DNA from: a virus
Length of the DNA: 64,000 bases
IMG/VR virus record: IMGVR_UViG_3300050821_007764
Coordinates: 25,049 to 89,048 of that record
Strand: one strand, 5' to 3'
Positions 61,701 to 64,000 of this stretch are shown one piece after another; the first letter of the stretch is position 1, and each line of letters begins with the position of its first letter. The notes beneath the pieces are model-generated. The model did no database searches. It worked only from the letters and a program-made list of their open reading frames with translations, and had not been told where the DNA came from. The position numbers and the translations under genes were made by a program.

Positions 61701-64000
61701 TTACGGGTTGATCCCGTTCATCTGGTAAAGGCGACTCCAGGCAGCCTCCCGCTGCGCCGGGTCTGGGTTGTTGCGAGCCTCCATCTGAAGAGACTGCATC
61801 AGGGCCAACTGAGTACGCTCCGCGTTCTCTGCGACCGTACGGGCAGCCACCGGCACACCCGTAGCGGACTTGTTGGCGGTGTTCTGCATTGCAAGACCCT
61901 TGAACGGGGCCTCACGGGGGTCGGGAAGGTCGCCGAGAGCGTCAAGACGCTTCTGCTGCTTCCGCAAAGTCTTCTGGGTGGCGGCAAGCTGCTCCGACTG
62001 GGCAGAGAACTGCTCCATCAGGTGCGCGAGCTTCTCCACGAGCGGACTGGTGGCCTCGGCGACGGCACTCTTCATGATGTCGCCGTAAGCCGGGGCCTCG
62101 ACCAGTTCGGCGGACACCGTTGCGGCCTTCTCCACGAAAATGCCCTCAAGACCGGCAGCCTTCGCTGCCTCCCGGGCCTGCTCGATGAGCTCCTGCGCCT
62201 TGGCGGTCATCTCCGGGTCCTCCTCCGACTTTCCGACCGGCAGCGGGACCGGACGTGCACCAACAGGCGGCTCCCCGCCGAGGCCGGGGGCGGCCATGGG
62301 GCACAGGTCCGGGAATGTCTGCGCAATGTGGTCGTGCATGGCCTGCATCGCCGATTTGGCGCTGTCCCGCATGGCATTGCGGTAGTAGGTGCGACTCATG
62401 CCCGGGGGAAGCGGTGCGGGCTCGATCACGCCCGTGCCCTTGTTGGCAGGGGACTGCTCCGCACGACCGGCATGCTGGTAGCCCTCGGTGAAGTCGTCGG
62501 CACTCATGTCGCTCGTGGGCACGCTGTGCGTGTTCGGACCGGCATGCCCCGGGCTCAGCTGTGCGTGCCCCGCCGTCAGGGCCGGGCGGCGGAACCGGGT
62601 CGGGGACAGCTCGGTCGGCGTCGGGAAGGAGCCGGGGCCCTTGTTGGCGTCCGTGAACTCCTTGTGCAGCTCATCACGGATCTCCGCAATGACCTCCGGG
62701 TCCGTGCCCTTGATGGTGACCGCGTGCTGCCACATCTGCGCCATGTGCCGGGCCTCGTCAAGAGGGGCAGACGCGGCGGCGTCCAGGGCCTTCTGCTGCC
62801 ACGCGATGGCGCTCAGCTCGCTGAACGCGTCCGCCTGATAGCACTTCGCCACGTCCGACGGCTCGAAAGCGGCACACAGGTGGTCGTGCAGGGCCCCGAG
62901 GTCGTGCGGGGCACCGACGCTCTTGTGGCGGTCGGCGGCCTTCATGTACCGGCTGTCCGGGTCGGTGGGCAGACCCGCGTCGTGCTCGAAAGCCTCGATC
63001 GCCAGGCCGTCCGGCTCACGGTGGGCCGGAACCGGGTCAATATCTGCGGCACCAGGTCCCACAACGCCCTCCCCCGGAGTCGGCTTCTTCTTGTTCTTCT
63101 TTTTCTTGACGACTCCGGCCACGCCCTCCGCAGACTTGTCGGCCTTCGGCAGCTTCCCGCCGCAGTCCTCGCAGGTGCGGAGCTTGGAATCCGCGTCGTG
63201 CGAGGCACCACAGTCGCAGTCCTTCTCGCCCTTGGTGGCGTCCGGCTTCGCCTCGTCGTCCTTGTCGTCGTCAGAGGAACCGAAGGGCTTGGCAGCGCCC
63301 GCAAAAGCGCCGCCGCCCTTCTTTTTGCCCTTCTTGCCCTTTTCGAGCTCAGCGTCGGGCTCCATCTTGCCCACCCCGATCTCCTCCTTCCAGGAATTCG
63401 GAAGTTCCGCCACGAAAGACGGTCCCTTGCGGCGGGCAATGCTGATGATGTTCGACTTCAGCTTGTCGCTGGAGAAATTGCCCTCACCGGCACGCCCGAT
63501 CGAGGAAGCGGCATCGGAGACATCGCCAGGGGTGACGATCGGGAAGGAGCGGTCCGCCCCGGCGAAGTCGGCGGCTGGAATCTTGTCCCGGTCCACCCCG
63601 CCGCCCACATCGGGATCCATCGTCCGCTTCTCGGTGGTGTCAGCGGCGGCACGCTCCTCAGCGACCGCGCGGTGCTTGAGAAGCTTCGCCAGGTCGGCCG
63701 GAGAGAAAGAAACGGAGACGTCCTTCGGCAGTTCCACCGAAATGGTCTCCGGGGAGGCCGTTTTGTTGATGACACTGCCGACCGTGGTCTGAAGCTTCGT
63801 GATCAGGCGGTCCATGTCTGCGTCCGAGGCCGACTGGACGCCCTTCAGCTCCAGCAGGATGTCGTCCGGGCCGAACAGCTCGTCCGTGAACTCGGGAAGG
63901 CCGTCCGAGGCCGACTTCACCAGCTGCACGCCGCAGTTCTTGTTCGCCGGACGGTCCACGAGGGAAATCTCGACGATTTCAGTGCTGGGGCCGAATTTGA
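61701..64000 (-). CDS. prohead protease/scaffold fusion, 5' end outside the window
   Basis: EISLVDRPAN protease motif at the window edge; FAGADRSFPI domain; coiled-coil C-terminus. Confidence 0.8.
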   Translation of the reverse strand, partial: KFGPSTEIVEISLVDRPANKNCGVQLVKSASDGLPEFTDELFGPDDILLELKGVQSASDADMDRLITKLQTTVGSVINKTASPETISVELPKDVSVSFSPADLAKLLKHRAVAEERAAADTTEKRTMDPDVGGGVDRDKIPAADFAGADRSFPIVTPGDVSDAASSIGRAGEGNFSSDKLKSNIISIARRKGPSFVAELPNSWKEEIGVGKMEPDAELEKGKKGKKKGGGAFAGAAKPFGSSDDDKDDEAKPDATKGEKDCDCGASHDADSKLRTCEDCGGKLPKADKSAEGVAGVVKKKKNKKKPTPGEGVVGPGAADIDPVPAHREPDGLAIEAFEHDAGLPTDPDSRYMKAADRHKSVGAPHDLGALHDHLCAAFEPSDVAKCYQADAFSELSAIAWQQKALDAAASAPLDEARHMAQMWQHAVTIKGTDPEVIAEIRDELHKEFTDANKGPGSFPTPTELSPTRFRRPALTAGHAQLSPGHAGPNTHSVPTSDMSADDFTEGYQHAGRAEQSPANKGTGVIEPAPLPPGMSRTYYRNAMRDSAKSAMQAMHDHIAQTFPDLCPMAAPGLGGEPPVGARPVPLPVGKSEEDPEMTAKAQELIEQAREAAKAAGLEGIFVEKAATVSAELVEAPAYGDIMKSAVAEATSPLVEKLAHLMEQFSAQSEQLAATQKTLRKQQKRLDALGDLPDPREAPFKGLAMQNTANKSATGVPVAARTVAENAERTQLALMQSLQMEARNNPDPAQREAAWSRLYQMNGINP

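Noticed and set aside
1-64000. Prophage or lysogeny module
   Set aside because: No integrase, att site or flanking host genes are visible; lifestyle cannot be determined from this window

Overview
High-GC, densely coding segment of a tailed actinobacteriophage genome. The morphology is siphovirus-like and the host is probably a streptomycete (inference). Bases 1-37245 are a + strand arm of accessory, replication and RNA-metabolism genes: two vWA proteins, an AAA+ ATPase, SLOG and macro domains, an RlaP-type nucleotidyltransferase, a Prim-Pol/SF3 helicase, family A DNA polymerase, RuvC-like, SNF2, Cas4-like, Sak4-like and SSB-like proteins, a Pnkp-type phosphatase, an RNase AS-like exonuclease and Ro60/TROVE. 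Bases 37299-64000 are a - strand virion and lysis arm running from the prohead protease and capsid through tail, tape measure and tail spike to the endolysin. The two arms meet at a bidirectional hairpin. The most striking content is non-coding RNA. (1) About 12 tRNA genes, some atypical. (2) Four tandem Y-RNA-like genes directly upstream of Ro60; three contain circularly permuted tRNAs and all four display an anticodon stem-loop (Ile-GAU, Cys-GCA, Gln-UUG, Gln-CUG). (3) A separate large structured RNA with two permuted tRNA modules and repeated GAAGCUGAARCU motifs, next to a 245-aa uncharacterised gene; this is a candidate new RNP system. (4) Two acceptor+T-arm RNAs, one with tmRNA-like ends. 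(5) A duplicated, covarying unknown RNA motif. All structures and protein families were assigned by eye; no searches were run.
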